From a virus (taxonomy: Duplodnaviria; Caudoviricetes), in IMG/VR virus record IMGVR_UViG_3300027647_000001, positions 7,056-71,055 of that record: a DNA stretch of 64,000 nt; one strand, 5' to 3'. A model generated the notes under the pieces. The model had not been told where the DNA came from and made no database searches. It saw nothing but the letters and a program-made list of their open reading frames with translations. This document shows, piece after piece, positions 46,120-54,514 of the stretch. Position 1 is the stretch's first letter. Each line of letters starts with the position of its first letter. The translations under genes and the position numbers were made by a program.

Positions 46120-47968
46120 GGTGGTCTCCCAGGTAGAAGGCGGCTTCTGCGGGCGTGGTTTCGGGTGAGTCGACGACGGCCTGGTACATGGCCTGGTACC
46201 GGGTGGTGGTGTTGGCGAGGACGGTCCGGGCGGCTTCCGCGGAGCGCAGCGCCTGCTTGTGGACTTCTTCGGCCTTGCCCGCCTGGGCGCGTGCCGTGTC
46301 GTGCAGTTTGGCCAGTGCGCCGGTGAGCTTGTCGCCGCCCTGGACGGTCTTGGCGTCCTCGAGGAGCCGCAGCGCCCGGTCGGCCTGGGCGTCGGCGTGT
46401 GCCTTCAGCGCCTTGGTCTGCTCGGCGGCCTTGGTGAGGGCTTCGGCCTTGTCGGTGAGGCGGCGTTCGAACTGCTTGAGGGAGCGGACTTCCCCGCGGG
46501 CCAGGGAGGGGCGTGCGGTGCCGTCGCCGAGGTGGACGTGCGTGGCGGTCACCTCTTTCACGGTCAGGGGCTGGACCGTCGGCGGAGTGGCGGGTTTCGG
46601 GGGCACAGGCTGCGGTTCCTTCCGGGGGGTCTTGCGTTCCTGGCGTGCCTGGTCGAGGCGGGTCTTCTCCCGGGCGGCGGCCTCAGACGTGTCGGTCCAG
46701 CCGTCCTTGAAGCCGTCGCCGTAGGACTTGACGTGGGCGGTGACGCGGGCGGCGCGGGTTCCGTCGCGGTAGCCGGTTTCGCGGGACTCGCGGGTGTTGA
46801 GGGGCTTACCGACGGCGGCGGGTGCACCGGGGGCGCCGGACGCCTTTCCCTCGTCCTTGCTCTTGTCCTTCGACGGGGTCTTCCCGTCGGGGGTCTTCCC
46901 GCTGGCCGTCGGCTTGGGGCCGGGCTTCGTCTCTCCGGCGGCCGCAGCGGGCGGGGTCTTGCTCTGGCCGTTCTTGCCGGGGGTCTGCTTCTCGGGAAGC
47001 TTCTGGCCGGCCGCCGTCGCGGAGCCGTCCTTGGCCGGGTCGGGCTTTCCGGTGGCCTGCGGCTGCGCCCTGCCGCTCCGAGGGTCCGGCTTGCCGGGAC
47101 CGGTCTTCGGCCCCGCGGCGAGGTCCTTGCCCTTCTGGCTGTCGGTTGCCTTGCCCTGACCGCCCTTCACCGGAGCAGGCGCAGGCCCGCGCGTAGCCGC
47201 GGGGGCGGGGGCCGTCTTGGAGTCGCCCTTGGCCCCGGGGGCACCAGGCTTCCCACCCGCGGTTCCCGCCCCGGCGCTGCTCGGCTTGTTCGTGCCGCGC
47301 GGCGCGGTTCCCGTACCGGTGTGATCCTTGACGGGCGCCGGGCCCCGCCCGCCGCCGGACGCGCCCCGGTTCGCTGCCGTATCGCCGCCCTTCCCGCCTG
47401 AACGCGTACCGGCCGAACCGCCCCCCGAGTTGACCGGGCTACTCTTCGGGCCGTTCTTCGGCGCGTTCTTGGAATTCTTCTGCGCCCCGCCACCAGTGCC
47501 TTTACCGGCAGCCCCATTCGGGCCCGAACCGGCATTCCCGGACCGGGAATTGCTCACCGATCCTTCGGACCGGTTGACCTTCACCTGGCGGGATTCCCTG
47601 ACCTGATTGGCCGCCGCCTGGGCCTTTTGCACCTCGAGACGCTTCACGTGCGCCCCGGCACCTTTCTTCCACCGTTCGGCACCGGCCAGCATCCACGCCC
47701 GCCACACGCTGTCCCTGCGCCCGCTGCCCCGCGTGCCGGCCTTGCTGTCGGCGGTGTCGTCGGCGGTCTGCTCCTGGGTGTGGAACGCGGCGCTCGAGCC
47801 GGCGGCGGCCGGGTCGAGGTGGAATCCGTCGCTGCGGGCGGGCTCGACGGCGGTCAACAGGGACGTGAACAGGCCCGGCTCGGCGGTCGCGTCGCCGGCC
47901 GCTGTGGGCGTGGTGGCGGGCGGCTCGTTCGGCTCGGGTACGGCTGCGGGCACGGTGCCGACCGACAT
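46112..47968 (-). CDS. Transfer-module protein: long A/P/G/K low-complexity linker plus helical C-terminal domain
   Basis: ORF track; overlaps the next gene. Confidence 0.7.
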   Translation of the reverse strand: MSVGTVPAAVPEPNEPPATTPTAAGDATAEPGLFTSLLTAVEPARSDGFHLDPAAAGSSAAFHTQEQTADDTADSKAGTRGSGRRDSVWRAWMLAGAERWKKGAGAHVKRLEVQKAQAAANQVRESRQVKVNRSEGSVSNSRSGNAGSGPNGAAGKGTGGGAQKNSKNAPKNGPKSSPVNSGGGSAGTRSGGKGGDTAANRGASGGGRGPAPVKDHTGTGTAPRGTNKPSSAGAGTAGGKPGAPGAKGDSKTAPAPAATRGPAPAPVKGGQGKATDSQKGKDLAAGPKTGPGKPDPRSGRAQPQATGKPDPAKDGSATAAGQKLPEKQTPGKNGQSKTPPAAAAGETKPGPKPTASGKTPDGKTPSKDKSKDEGKASGAPGAPAAVGKPLNTRESRETGYRDGTRAARVTAHVKSYGDGFKDGWTDTSEAAAREKTRLDQARQERKTPRKEPQPVPPKPATPPTVQPLTVKEVTATHVHLGDGTARPSLARGEVRSLKQFERRLTDKAEALTKAAEQTKALKAHADAQADRALRLLEDAKTVQGGDKLTGALAKLHDTARAQAGKAEEVHKQALRSAEAARTVLANTTTRYQAMYQAVVDSPETTPAEAAFYLGDHHG

Positions 47969-48090
47969 CGGTTCTCACTCTCTAGATCGTTACTCCCACG
48001 ACTTCCCGCGCCGGAGAGTCCCTGTTCAGGGGCGGCGCGGGAGGGTGGGAGCCGGGGTTTTCGGGCTGGTGGGAGGTAGTGGGAAATGGG

Positions 48091-48699
48091 TCAGGCGGGG
48101 GTGGGTCGGGTGGAGCGCTTGGCGGCGGCGCCGAGGAACACGGCGAGGGCGAGGCCGCCGACGAGGAGACCGGCGCCCGAACTGTCGCCGCCGGTGTCGG
48201 TGGAGGTGGTGGTGCTGGACCCTGCTGCGGCGGTCTGCACGTCCACGCTGCTGGGCGCGTACTGGTCCTGGCAGGTGTTCACCAGGTCCCGGTAGGAGGG
48301 GGAGCCGAAGCCCTTCCCGACCAGGTGCTCCTTGTCCTTCACGCACGCGTTGACCGACGCCTGACGGGTGCTGGCCTGGCTGGTGGCGGTCTTCCGGTCG
48401 GCCTCGGCGGCCCGGTTCATTTCCTTCAGCTTCTCCAGTTCGAGAGCCTGCTGCTTGAGCGCGACTTCCTGCGCCTTCGCCGTGTTTTCGGCCTGCTGTG
48501 CGGCGTAGGACTGGTATCCGATGAGAGTTCCGGTGGCGATGACGGTGGCGCCGATTCCGAGGGCGACTTTTCCGCGTTTGGTCAGGCCGGGCTTGGACGC
48601 GGCGGCCGGAGTTCCGTAGGGGGCCGGGTCGGCGTATTCCTGGGGGCTGTTGACGGTCATCCCTTTGATGATTCGGTCGAATTCGTCGGGGGAATTCAC
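48091..48699 (-). CDS. Two-TM spread/transfer accessory membrane protein
   Basis: ALGIGATVIATGTLIGY, coiled coil, LLVGGLALAVFLGAAA. Confidence 0.7.
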   Translation of the reverse strand: MNSPDEFDRIIKGMTVNSPQEYADPAPYGTPAAASKPGLTKRGKVALGIGATVIATGTLIGYQSYAAQQAENTAKAQEVALKQQALELEKLKEMNRAAEADRKTATSQASTRQASVNACVKDKEHLVGKGFGSPSYRDLVNTCQDQYAPSSVDVQTAAAGSSTTTSTDTGGDSSGAGLLVGGLALAVFLGAAAKRSTRPTPA

Positions 48700-48702
48700 G
48701 GG

Positions 48703-49242
48703 TCATTCTCCGTTCTGGCGGGCGAGGTCGGATGCGGTGCGGAGCAGGGTGCGTACGGTGGAAAGCTGCTGGTCGGGGAGGTCGTTCCAGGTGAAGAACT
48801 GCATGCGGATCCCGGCCTGGGCGAGGGCCTGCTGCATGTAGGCGACGGCCCGGTCGCGGGCTTCGGGGGTGGTGTGGCCGGTCTTCTCAAGGAGGTTTTG
48901 GGCGCCGCGGATGCAGAGCCGGCCGGTGGGTGTGGTGTCGAGGGACTGGCACCAGCCGTACCGCTCGAGGACCGCGAGGGTCTGCTGAAGGTGGATAGAC
49001 GGGGGCTGCGGTACCGGGTTCTCCCACCACCCCAGTCCGGCCAACAGGCCGCGTACGGCGGGCGGCAGAAGCCGGTGAGACCAGGACGGGGTATCCGGCA
49101 CCGCAGGGCGCTGACCGCGGAGGGCTTCCGCGACCAGCTGCTCGACGGACTTCGTGCGGATCGGCGTGGTTCGGGTTCCGGCGAGCGGGTCGAGGGTCCG
49201 GGTGGGGGCCATGGTCGGCTTCTCCTTCCTGCTGGTGGTCAC
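48703..49242 (-). CDS. DUF6197-like protein
   Basis: LERYGWCQ...GRLCIRGA...WND. Confidence 0.65.
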   Translation of the reverse strand: MTTSRKEKPTMAPTRTLDPLAGTRTTPIRTKSVEQLVAEALRGQRPAVPDTPSWSHRLLPPAVRGLLAGLGWWENPVPQPPSIHLQQTLAVLERYGWCQSLDTTPTGRLCIRGAQNLLEKTGHTTPEARDRAVAYMQQALAQAGIRMQFFTWNDLPDQQLSTVRTLLRTASDLARQNGE

Positions 49243-50435
49243 GGGTTGTTACCGGCGATCTTGGTGTGGACGTCCTTGTAGAGGGCCCGAATGTCGTCGG
49301 TCTTCAGCCCGTAGCCCTTGTCCCGCCACGCCTTCTCGAAGGCGTTCTGCGAGGGGGCCTGGCCGCTGGTACGGAGGTCGAAGTAGAGGTCGAACGCGAG
49401 GATGCGCCGACCCTCCTCGCCTGTGTCGGGCCCCTTATGCGCCTGCGCCTCGACCGGATTCGCGTTGGGCGCGCCTTCACTGCGTCCCGAGGTGCGCCCT
49501 GATGCGCCCTCGCTGGTCAGGACGTCGCCGTCGCCGGCCTGCGCCTCCGGTGCGCCCTGGGGGGCGATGGTGGGGCGCAGTGAGCGGAGGGCGTAGTCCT
49601 CGGTCCGGTCGGGGAGGTTCTTGAAGGCGCGCATGCGGTCGATGCGGGTCGTGATGCGGAGTTCGACACCGAACTCGTCGAGGGTGTCGCCGAGGCCGTG
49701 GAAGGACGCGTCGCCGGCGCGCATCAGGGCCTTCTCGTAGCGGCGCTTGCCCATGAGGCGGGGCTTGCCGAGGGTGACGAGGGAGACGAGCTTGTCCTGG
49801 GCGTTGCGGCGGCTGATGGACTCGGCGTCCGCGCCGCGGGAGCCGATGCCGAGCTTGGACTCGAGGCGCTTGAGGCGGTCGCGCCACGCGCGGGCGAGGA
49901 GCCCGTCGGACTTGATCTCGACCTTGCCGAGCTTCGCTTCGAGGCCGAGGAGCTTGTGGAGGCCGTAGGCGAGCATGACCGGGCCGACGATGCGGACAAG
50001 GGCGGTGCCGAGGTCTTCGTGCTCCTGCCGGACGACTTCGATGGCGCCGATCGCCTGGGCGAAGACGAGGAAGTACGCGGCGCGGGTGGCGCCCTTGTCG
50101 TTGAAAGCCCAGGCGTAGACGGAGAGGCCGAGGACGATTGCTTCGAGGACGAGCCCGACGGTCATGTGCCAGGGCGAGTCCATGTGGAGGCGCTTCTCGG
50201 CGAAGCGGGCGGAGGTGTTGGTGGAGAGGGCGAGGCCGGCGATGACGACGAGTCCCATGCCGAGGAACCCGATGACGCTACGGCGCTTCTTGGGGTCGCG
50301 GGGCTTGCGGCGGTTGGTGCGGGCTCGGACGGCGGGGGCGATGCGGTAGCCGAAGGCGAGGGTGACGAGGGCGAGCAGGACGGCCCATGCCTGTACGGGC
50401 ACTTGCTCGACCGCGGTCTGCACTTGGGAAAGCAT
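49239..50435 (-). CDS. Multi-TM Spd/Tra-like membrane protein with C-terminal HTH
   Basis: Several TM helices, coiled coil, C-terminal PSQNAFEKAWRDKGYG. Confidence 0.7.
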   Translation of the reverse strand: MLSQVQTAVEQVPVQAWAVLLALVTLAFGYRIAPAVRARTNRRKPRDPKKRRSVIGFLGMGLVVIAGLALSTNTSARFAEKRLHMDSPWHMTVGLVLEAIVLGLSVYAWAFNDKGATRAAYFLVFAQAIGAIEVVRQEHEDLGTALVRIVGPVMLAYGLHKLLGLEAKLGKVEIKSDGLLARAWRDRLKRLESKLGIGSRGADAESISRRNAQDKLVSLVTLGKPRLMGKRRYEKALMRAGDASFHGLGDTLDEFGVELRITTRIDRMRAFKNLPDRTEDYALRSLRPTIAPQGAPEAQAGDGDVLTSEGASGRTSGRSEGAPNANPVEAQAHKGPDTGEEGRRILAFDLYFDLRTSGQAPSQNAFEKAWRDKGYGLKTDDIRALYKDVHTKIAGNNP

Positions 50436-50476
50436 GGGCGAGTCCTTTCGGGGTCGTGGTCCGTGGGCTCAGGTGG

Positions 50477-50719
50477 CTAGAGCTGGTTGGGCTCGAGGGA
50501 GAAGAAGACGACGTTGGCCGTGGCCAGCTCGGGGTGTCGCTGGGCCATGTCCTGCTTGATGGCGTTGAACACGTCGCTGCGGGTCCAGCCGGCGGGCGGG
50601 GTCCAGGTGCCGTTGGCGGTGAGGGAGGTCCGGCCGGGGAGGTCGACGGTGAGGATCCAGTGGTGGGTGCCCTGCTCGGGTGCGGTGGGTGTGGTGGTCT
50701 GCTGGGTCTGGGTGGTCAT
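50477..50719 (-). CDS. Small hypothetical protein
   Basis: ORF track; GAAGGA RBS. Confidence 0.7.
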   Translation of the reverse strand: MTTQTQQTTTPTAPEQGTHHWILTVDLPGRTSLTANGTWTPPAGWTRSDVFNAIKQDMAQRHPELATANVVFFSLEPNQL

Positions 50720-50742
50720 GGGGTTCGGGTTCCTTCCGGTGG

Positions 50743-50934
50743 TCAGGCGGCGCGCTGGTGACGGCGGTAGCCGGTTGCTGACGCCCAGCGCTGGGAGCAG
50801 CGGGCGAAGTCGCGTTCACGGTCGGGGGCTTGGGTGTGCTTGTCGACCTCGGCGAGGTGCTCGTAGGTCTCCATGTCGGCGGTGGTCCAGGTCGACGGGT
50901 CGCCGTGGGTCTCGCGGAACTTATGGGCGGTCAT
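50743..50934 (-). CDS. Small hypothetical protein
   Basis: ORF track; AGGAAGGA RBS. Confidence 0.6.
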   Translation of the reverse strand: MTAHKFRETHGDPSTWTTADMETYEHLAEVDKHTQAPDRERDFARCSQRWASATGYRRHQRAA

Positions 50935-51020
50935 GGCGCGGTGGTTCCTTCCTGGCGGTTGGGGGGTGCGGGGCCCGGCCGGTTGTCGGCGTGCGGCGCG
51001 GGCCCCGCGCGGGTGGGTGG

Positions 51021-51215
51021 TCAGGCGGTGGCGGCCTTGGTCAGTTCCTGGGTGGCGGCGGCGTTCGCGATGGCGGCGTAGGCCTGGGCGATGGCCGTGA
51101 GGTTCTGGATGACCGGCCCTTCGGCGTTGGGGGCCCGGTCGGCGGCCTTGGCGGTGTACTCGATGGCCAGGGCGATGGCTTCGGAGCTGGTCATCGTGGC
51201 GGTCTGCGTGGTCAT
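51021..51215 (-). CDS. Small Ala-rich helical protein
   Basis: MTTQTATMTSSEAIALAIEY; GAAAGGA RBS. Confidence 0.6.
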   Translation of the reverse strand: MTTQTATMTSSEAIALAIEYTAKAADRAPNAEGPVIQNLTAIAQAYAAIANAAATQELTKAATA

Positions 51216-51235
51216 GTCTGTGGTGTCCTTTCGGG

Positions 51236-51643
51236 TCAGGTGCTGGTGATGGCGGCGGCCGCGTCGGAGGCGGGCTGGTGCAGGTCGGGGTCGGCGAGGA
51301 CGTAGGCGGTGATCTGGCCCTGCCTCTGGGTGTTCTTCTGCTGCTCGTCCGTCAGGGTCCGCAGGGACGGGTTGGAGACGGGGTCGGTGAGGCGCTGGAC
51401 GAGGAGCCCGATCACGGTGATCAGGTCGACGCCGTCGATGCCGGCGAGTGCGGCGATCAGGGTCTGGGTCTTGCCGGTCGTGTGCCGGTCGAGGGCGAGG
51501 AGGCGGATCCCGTCGCGGATTTGGTCGATGCCGGGGTGGATTCCGGCGAGGTCTTCGAGCCGGTCGGCGAGTTCGTCGTCGAGCGGGGGGCCTGCGTTCG
51601 CCGCGGTGTGCACCCACGCGGGGCCGGTCGGGGCGGCCATCAC
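51236..51643 (-). CDS. Hypothetical protein
   Basis: ORF track; coupled to the upstream gene. Confidence 0.7.
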   Translation of the reverse strand: MMAAPTGPAWVHTAANAGPPLDDELADRLEDLAGIHPGIDQIRDGIRLLALDRHTTGKTQTLIAALAGIDGVDLITVIGLLVQRLTDPVSNPSLRTLTDEQQKNTQRQGQITAYVLADPDLHQPASDAAAAITST

Positions 51644-51834
51644 AGGTCGCCGTCCATGTCGGTGGGGATGTGGCCGAGGACGTCGTCGATCGCGCGGGTG
51701 ACGAGCATCCGGGCCTGCGGCATCACCGACTGGAGAACCTGCCCGGTGAAGGCGGTCCAGTCGATGGTGTCGAAGTGGTCCTCGATCGCGGCGATGAGGA
51801 GCGGGTCGACCTCGGGCGGCATCTCGCTGGTCAT
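51640..51834 (-). CDS. Small acidic protein
   Basis: ORF track; 4-bp overlaps. Confidence 0.65.
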   Translation of the reverse strand: MTSEMPPEVDPLLIAAIEDHFDTIDWTAFTGQVLQSVMPQARMLVTRAIDDVLGHIPTDMDGDL

Positions 51835-52001
51835 GCGGTCACCGCCGTGGGGGTGATGAGGCGGAGCGGGCCGGAGCCGTGCTTGATACCGGCGGCGATC
51901 AGACGAGACGGCGCGGTAGCCGGCCGGACGGCGCGGCGCAGCAGCTCATCGGCGTGGGTGGGGTGGGGTGCGGTGGGGGTACTCGTGCGATCCTTGTCCA
52001 T
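51831..52001 (-). CDS. Small hypothetical protein, first gene of the leftward transfer operon
   Basis: MDKDRTSTP after AGGAGG. Confidence 0.5.
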   Translation of the reverse strand: MDKDRTSTPTAPHPTHADELLRRAVRPATAPSRLIAAGIKHGSGPLRLITPTAVTA

Positions 52002-52131
52002 GCGGATCGGCCTCCTGGTAGAGCAGGTATGGCTGGGTCTGCGTGAGGTCCCGGGTCTTGGTGGTTGCGTCACCAACGGCTTCGGGGCCTCTTTTCGTTG
52101 CCCTGTGAGGGGCGACACGAACGACACTACG

Positions 52132-52166
52132 CGCACTCTCAGTGCGAGTCAATGCGCGAGTGCGAG
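52132..52166. promoter_or_regulatory. Candidate operator in the divergent control region
   Basis: Palindrome CGCACT-CTC-AGTGCG plus direct repeat AGTGCGAG with an 18-bp period, next to an AT-rich promoter-like patch. Confidence 0.5.
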
Positions 52167-52221
52167 CTAGCACTATTTAGCGTAATGTGAGACTGTGCGC
52201 ATGACGATTGAAGGAGGACCG

Positions 52222-52548
52222 ATGTCCAGCGGATACGCACTCGCCGTGCGGTTCACCACCCGCGACGCCGACGCAGCCCAGCGGTTCGACGCCCTCGTGG
52301 AACGCACGATGGAGGGCATCCGCACCGAGCCCGGAACCCTGGTCTACGTCGTGCATGTCCCGGAAGAGGAACCGCTCGTGCGGGTCTTCTACGAGCTGTA
52401 CGCGGACAGGGACGCGTTCCTGTCCCACGAGGAGCAGGAGCACACCAAGCGCATGTTGAGCGAACGGGAGCAGTACCTGACCAGCACTGAGGTGACGTTC
52501 CTGAACGAGACGATCGGCAAGAGGCCGGCAGTGAGGGAGGGAACGTGA
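52222..52548 (+). CDS. ABM-domain (antibiotic biosynthesis monooxygenase / quinol monooxygenase-like) protein
   Basis: RTEPGTLVYVVH...VFYELYADRDAFLSHEEQEH; AAGGAGG RBS. Confidence 0.85.
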   Translation: MSSGYALAVRFTTRDADAAQRFDALVERTMEGIRTEPGTLVYVVHVPEEEPLVRVFYELYADRDAFLSHEEQEHTKRMLSEREQYLTSTEVTFLNETIGKRPAVREGT

Positions 52549-53801
52549 AGAAGAAGCCGACGGGGAAGGAAGTCGACCCGCGGGACCGCGCTTTCGGCAG
52601 GCGGGTGGCCGACCTTCGGAAGACGCAGGGCATGACCCAGCAGCAACTAGCGGCTCTGTTGAACGGACGCACGTCGAGTTGGATGTCTCAGGTCGAGCGC
52701 GGTATCCAGCCGGTCCACCGCATGGACGTTCTTCGGGAGCTGGCCGACGCGCTGGGTGTGTCGGTGCAGGCTCTGAATCCGGACGTGCCGGTGCCGGCCG
52801 CGCACGCTTCTGACGTGCCAGTGAAGGCGAACGACCTGGATGGTGCCCGGCTGGTGATCGCTGGCCACCCGGCGTTGGGCACGCTGCTCGGCACCGAGGA
52901 GTCCGGGGCCGCGCCGGACCTCCAGGAGATGGCGACCGAGGTCGAAGAGGTCTGGTCTCTCACGCACCAGGCGCGGCACGCCGAGGTGAGCGCCATGGTG
53001 ACTGAGTTGGTACCTGCGCTCGAGCGGGCGGTGCGTACGGTGCCTGCGGCGGAAAGGCCTGCGGCGTACGGGCTTCTGGCTCGGGCGTATCAGGCTCTCG
53101 CCTCGGCGTTCGCTCGTCAGGGCGATGCGCGGGCGTCGTGGGTGTCGGCGGACCGTGCGGTTGCGGCCGCTGAACTGTCCGGCGATGTGCTGCTCGTGTG
53201 CGCGGGGGTGTACCGGATGGTGCACGCCTTCGTGCGCCTCGGAGACAAGGAAGAGGCGGAACACGCAGTGCGATCCGCCATCGACTCCCTCAGCCGACGG
53301 GAGGACCTCTCACCTGAGGGTCTGTCCGTACTCGGATCACTTCATCTGGCCAAGGCCCTGGTGCACGCCCGGTGCAGTCAGCGCGCCGAGGCGAAGGAAG
53401 AGATCGAGAACGCCCGGCAAGTCGCCGCCCGTATCGGAGAGGATCGGAACGACTACAACCTGGAGTTCGGTCCGACGAACGTCGCAATCCAGGCCGTGTC
53501 CACTGCTGTCGACCTGGGTGACGCCGGCGAGGCACTGGAGATCGGCCAGACCATCGACGCCGAGGCGCTGTCTCCGGAACGCAGAGGGAGGCTGTTGATG
53601 GACCTGGGGCGAGCCCACGCGCAGCGGCGTCACATGGCGGACGCGACCGAATGCCTGCTGCGCGCGGAGGAGATCTCGCCGGAGACCGTCCAAAACCACA
53701 CTGCGGTCCGGGAGGCCATCAAGGAACTGGTCCTGGTCGCCGGACCGAAGGTCTCCACCGACCTGATGCTGCTCGCGGAGAGGACTGGCGCCATGGAGTA
53801 G
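52545..53801 (+). CDS. XRE-family HTH regulator with TPR-like helical C-terminal domain (candidate repressor)
   Basis: FGRRVADLRKTQGMTQQQLAALLNGRTSSWMSQVERG followed by helical repeats. Confidence 0.88.
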   Translation: MKKKPTGKEVDPRDRAFGRRVADLRKTQGMTQQQLAALLNGRTSSWMSQVERGIQPVHRMDVLRELADALGVSVQALNPDVPVPAAHASDVPVKANDLDGARLVIAGHPALGTLLGTEESGAAPDLQEMATEVEEVWSLTHQARHAEVSAMVTELVPALERAVRTVPAAERPAAYGLLARAYQALASAFARQGDARASWVSADRAVAAAELSGDVLLVCAGVYRMVHAFVRLGDKEEAEHAVRSAIDSLSRREDLSPEGLSVLGSLHLAKALVHARCSQRAEAKEEIENARQVAARIGEDRNDYNLEFGPTNVAIQAVSTAVDLGDAGEALEIGQTIDAEALSPERRGRLLMDLGRAHAQRRHMADATECLLRAEEISPETVQNHTAVREAIKELVLVAGPKVSTDLMLLAERTGAME

Positions 53802-53989
53802 CCGCGGGCGGTAGAGCCGTCGCTTGATGACGGTCGACCGGTCACCACAACCGGCCGACCGCCCTTATGGCCGCGTCCTGCGAAGACGTATGCGGCCACG
53901 TGAACCACCTCGATCGAAGGGTTCGTTATGGAGCCTATGCCTTTCACGGGACACGTGAAAAGTCTGTGCCTTCCTAGCGGAGGCCAGCC

Positions 53990-54286
53990 GTGAACAAACC
54001 GACCAACCTGCCTCCCACTGTCACGTTCGCCGAGGCGGCTGTCCTGCTTCATGAGCTGGGCATCGACGAGAACGCGACCGCCGACTCTGTTCGGTACATG
54101 GCGCGCAGTCGCGGCGAGAAGTGGCCGTTCGGAGACGGGCCGAGCCAGGTTCCGTACAAGCAGACCGCGAACGCCCGAACCATGGACACCATGGTTCTCC
54201 TGGACCACCTGAAGGCCTGGCCGCCGAACCCTCACGGCCGCGGCCGTGACAAGAAGCCCCGAGCGCGCAATCGGGAGCCGTCGTGA
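53990..54286 (+). CDS. Small HTH DNA-binding protein (excisionase/Cro-like)
   Basis: TVTFAEAAVLLHELG...ADSVRYMARSRG. Confidence 0.6.
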   Translation: MNKPTNLPPTVTFAEAAVLLHELGIDENATADSVRYMARSRGEKWPFGDGPSQVPYKQTANARTMDTMVLLDHLKAWPPNPHGRGRDKKPRARNREPS

Positions 54287-54514
54287 CCGCCTTACGGGCA
54301 CGCCCGGCAGGAACGTCCTGGAACGCAAAGACGGCCGGCGGAGTTCGCAGCTCCTCATGCCGACCGTCCAAGCACTTGCAGCGGATCGCAGCCCGCTGCC
54401 CTTCATGAGTCCCAGCTCGCTGAAAGCAGGTATCTCGGTGTCGAGAGTACCGGTAGCACACATCCCCCTCGCAAGGCCACACAGCGTGATCGTCCGAATG
54501 CTGGGCGGTGACCT

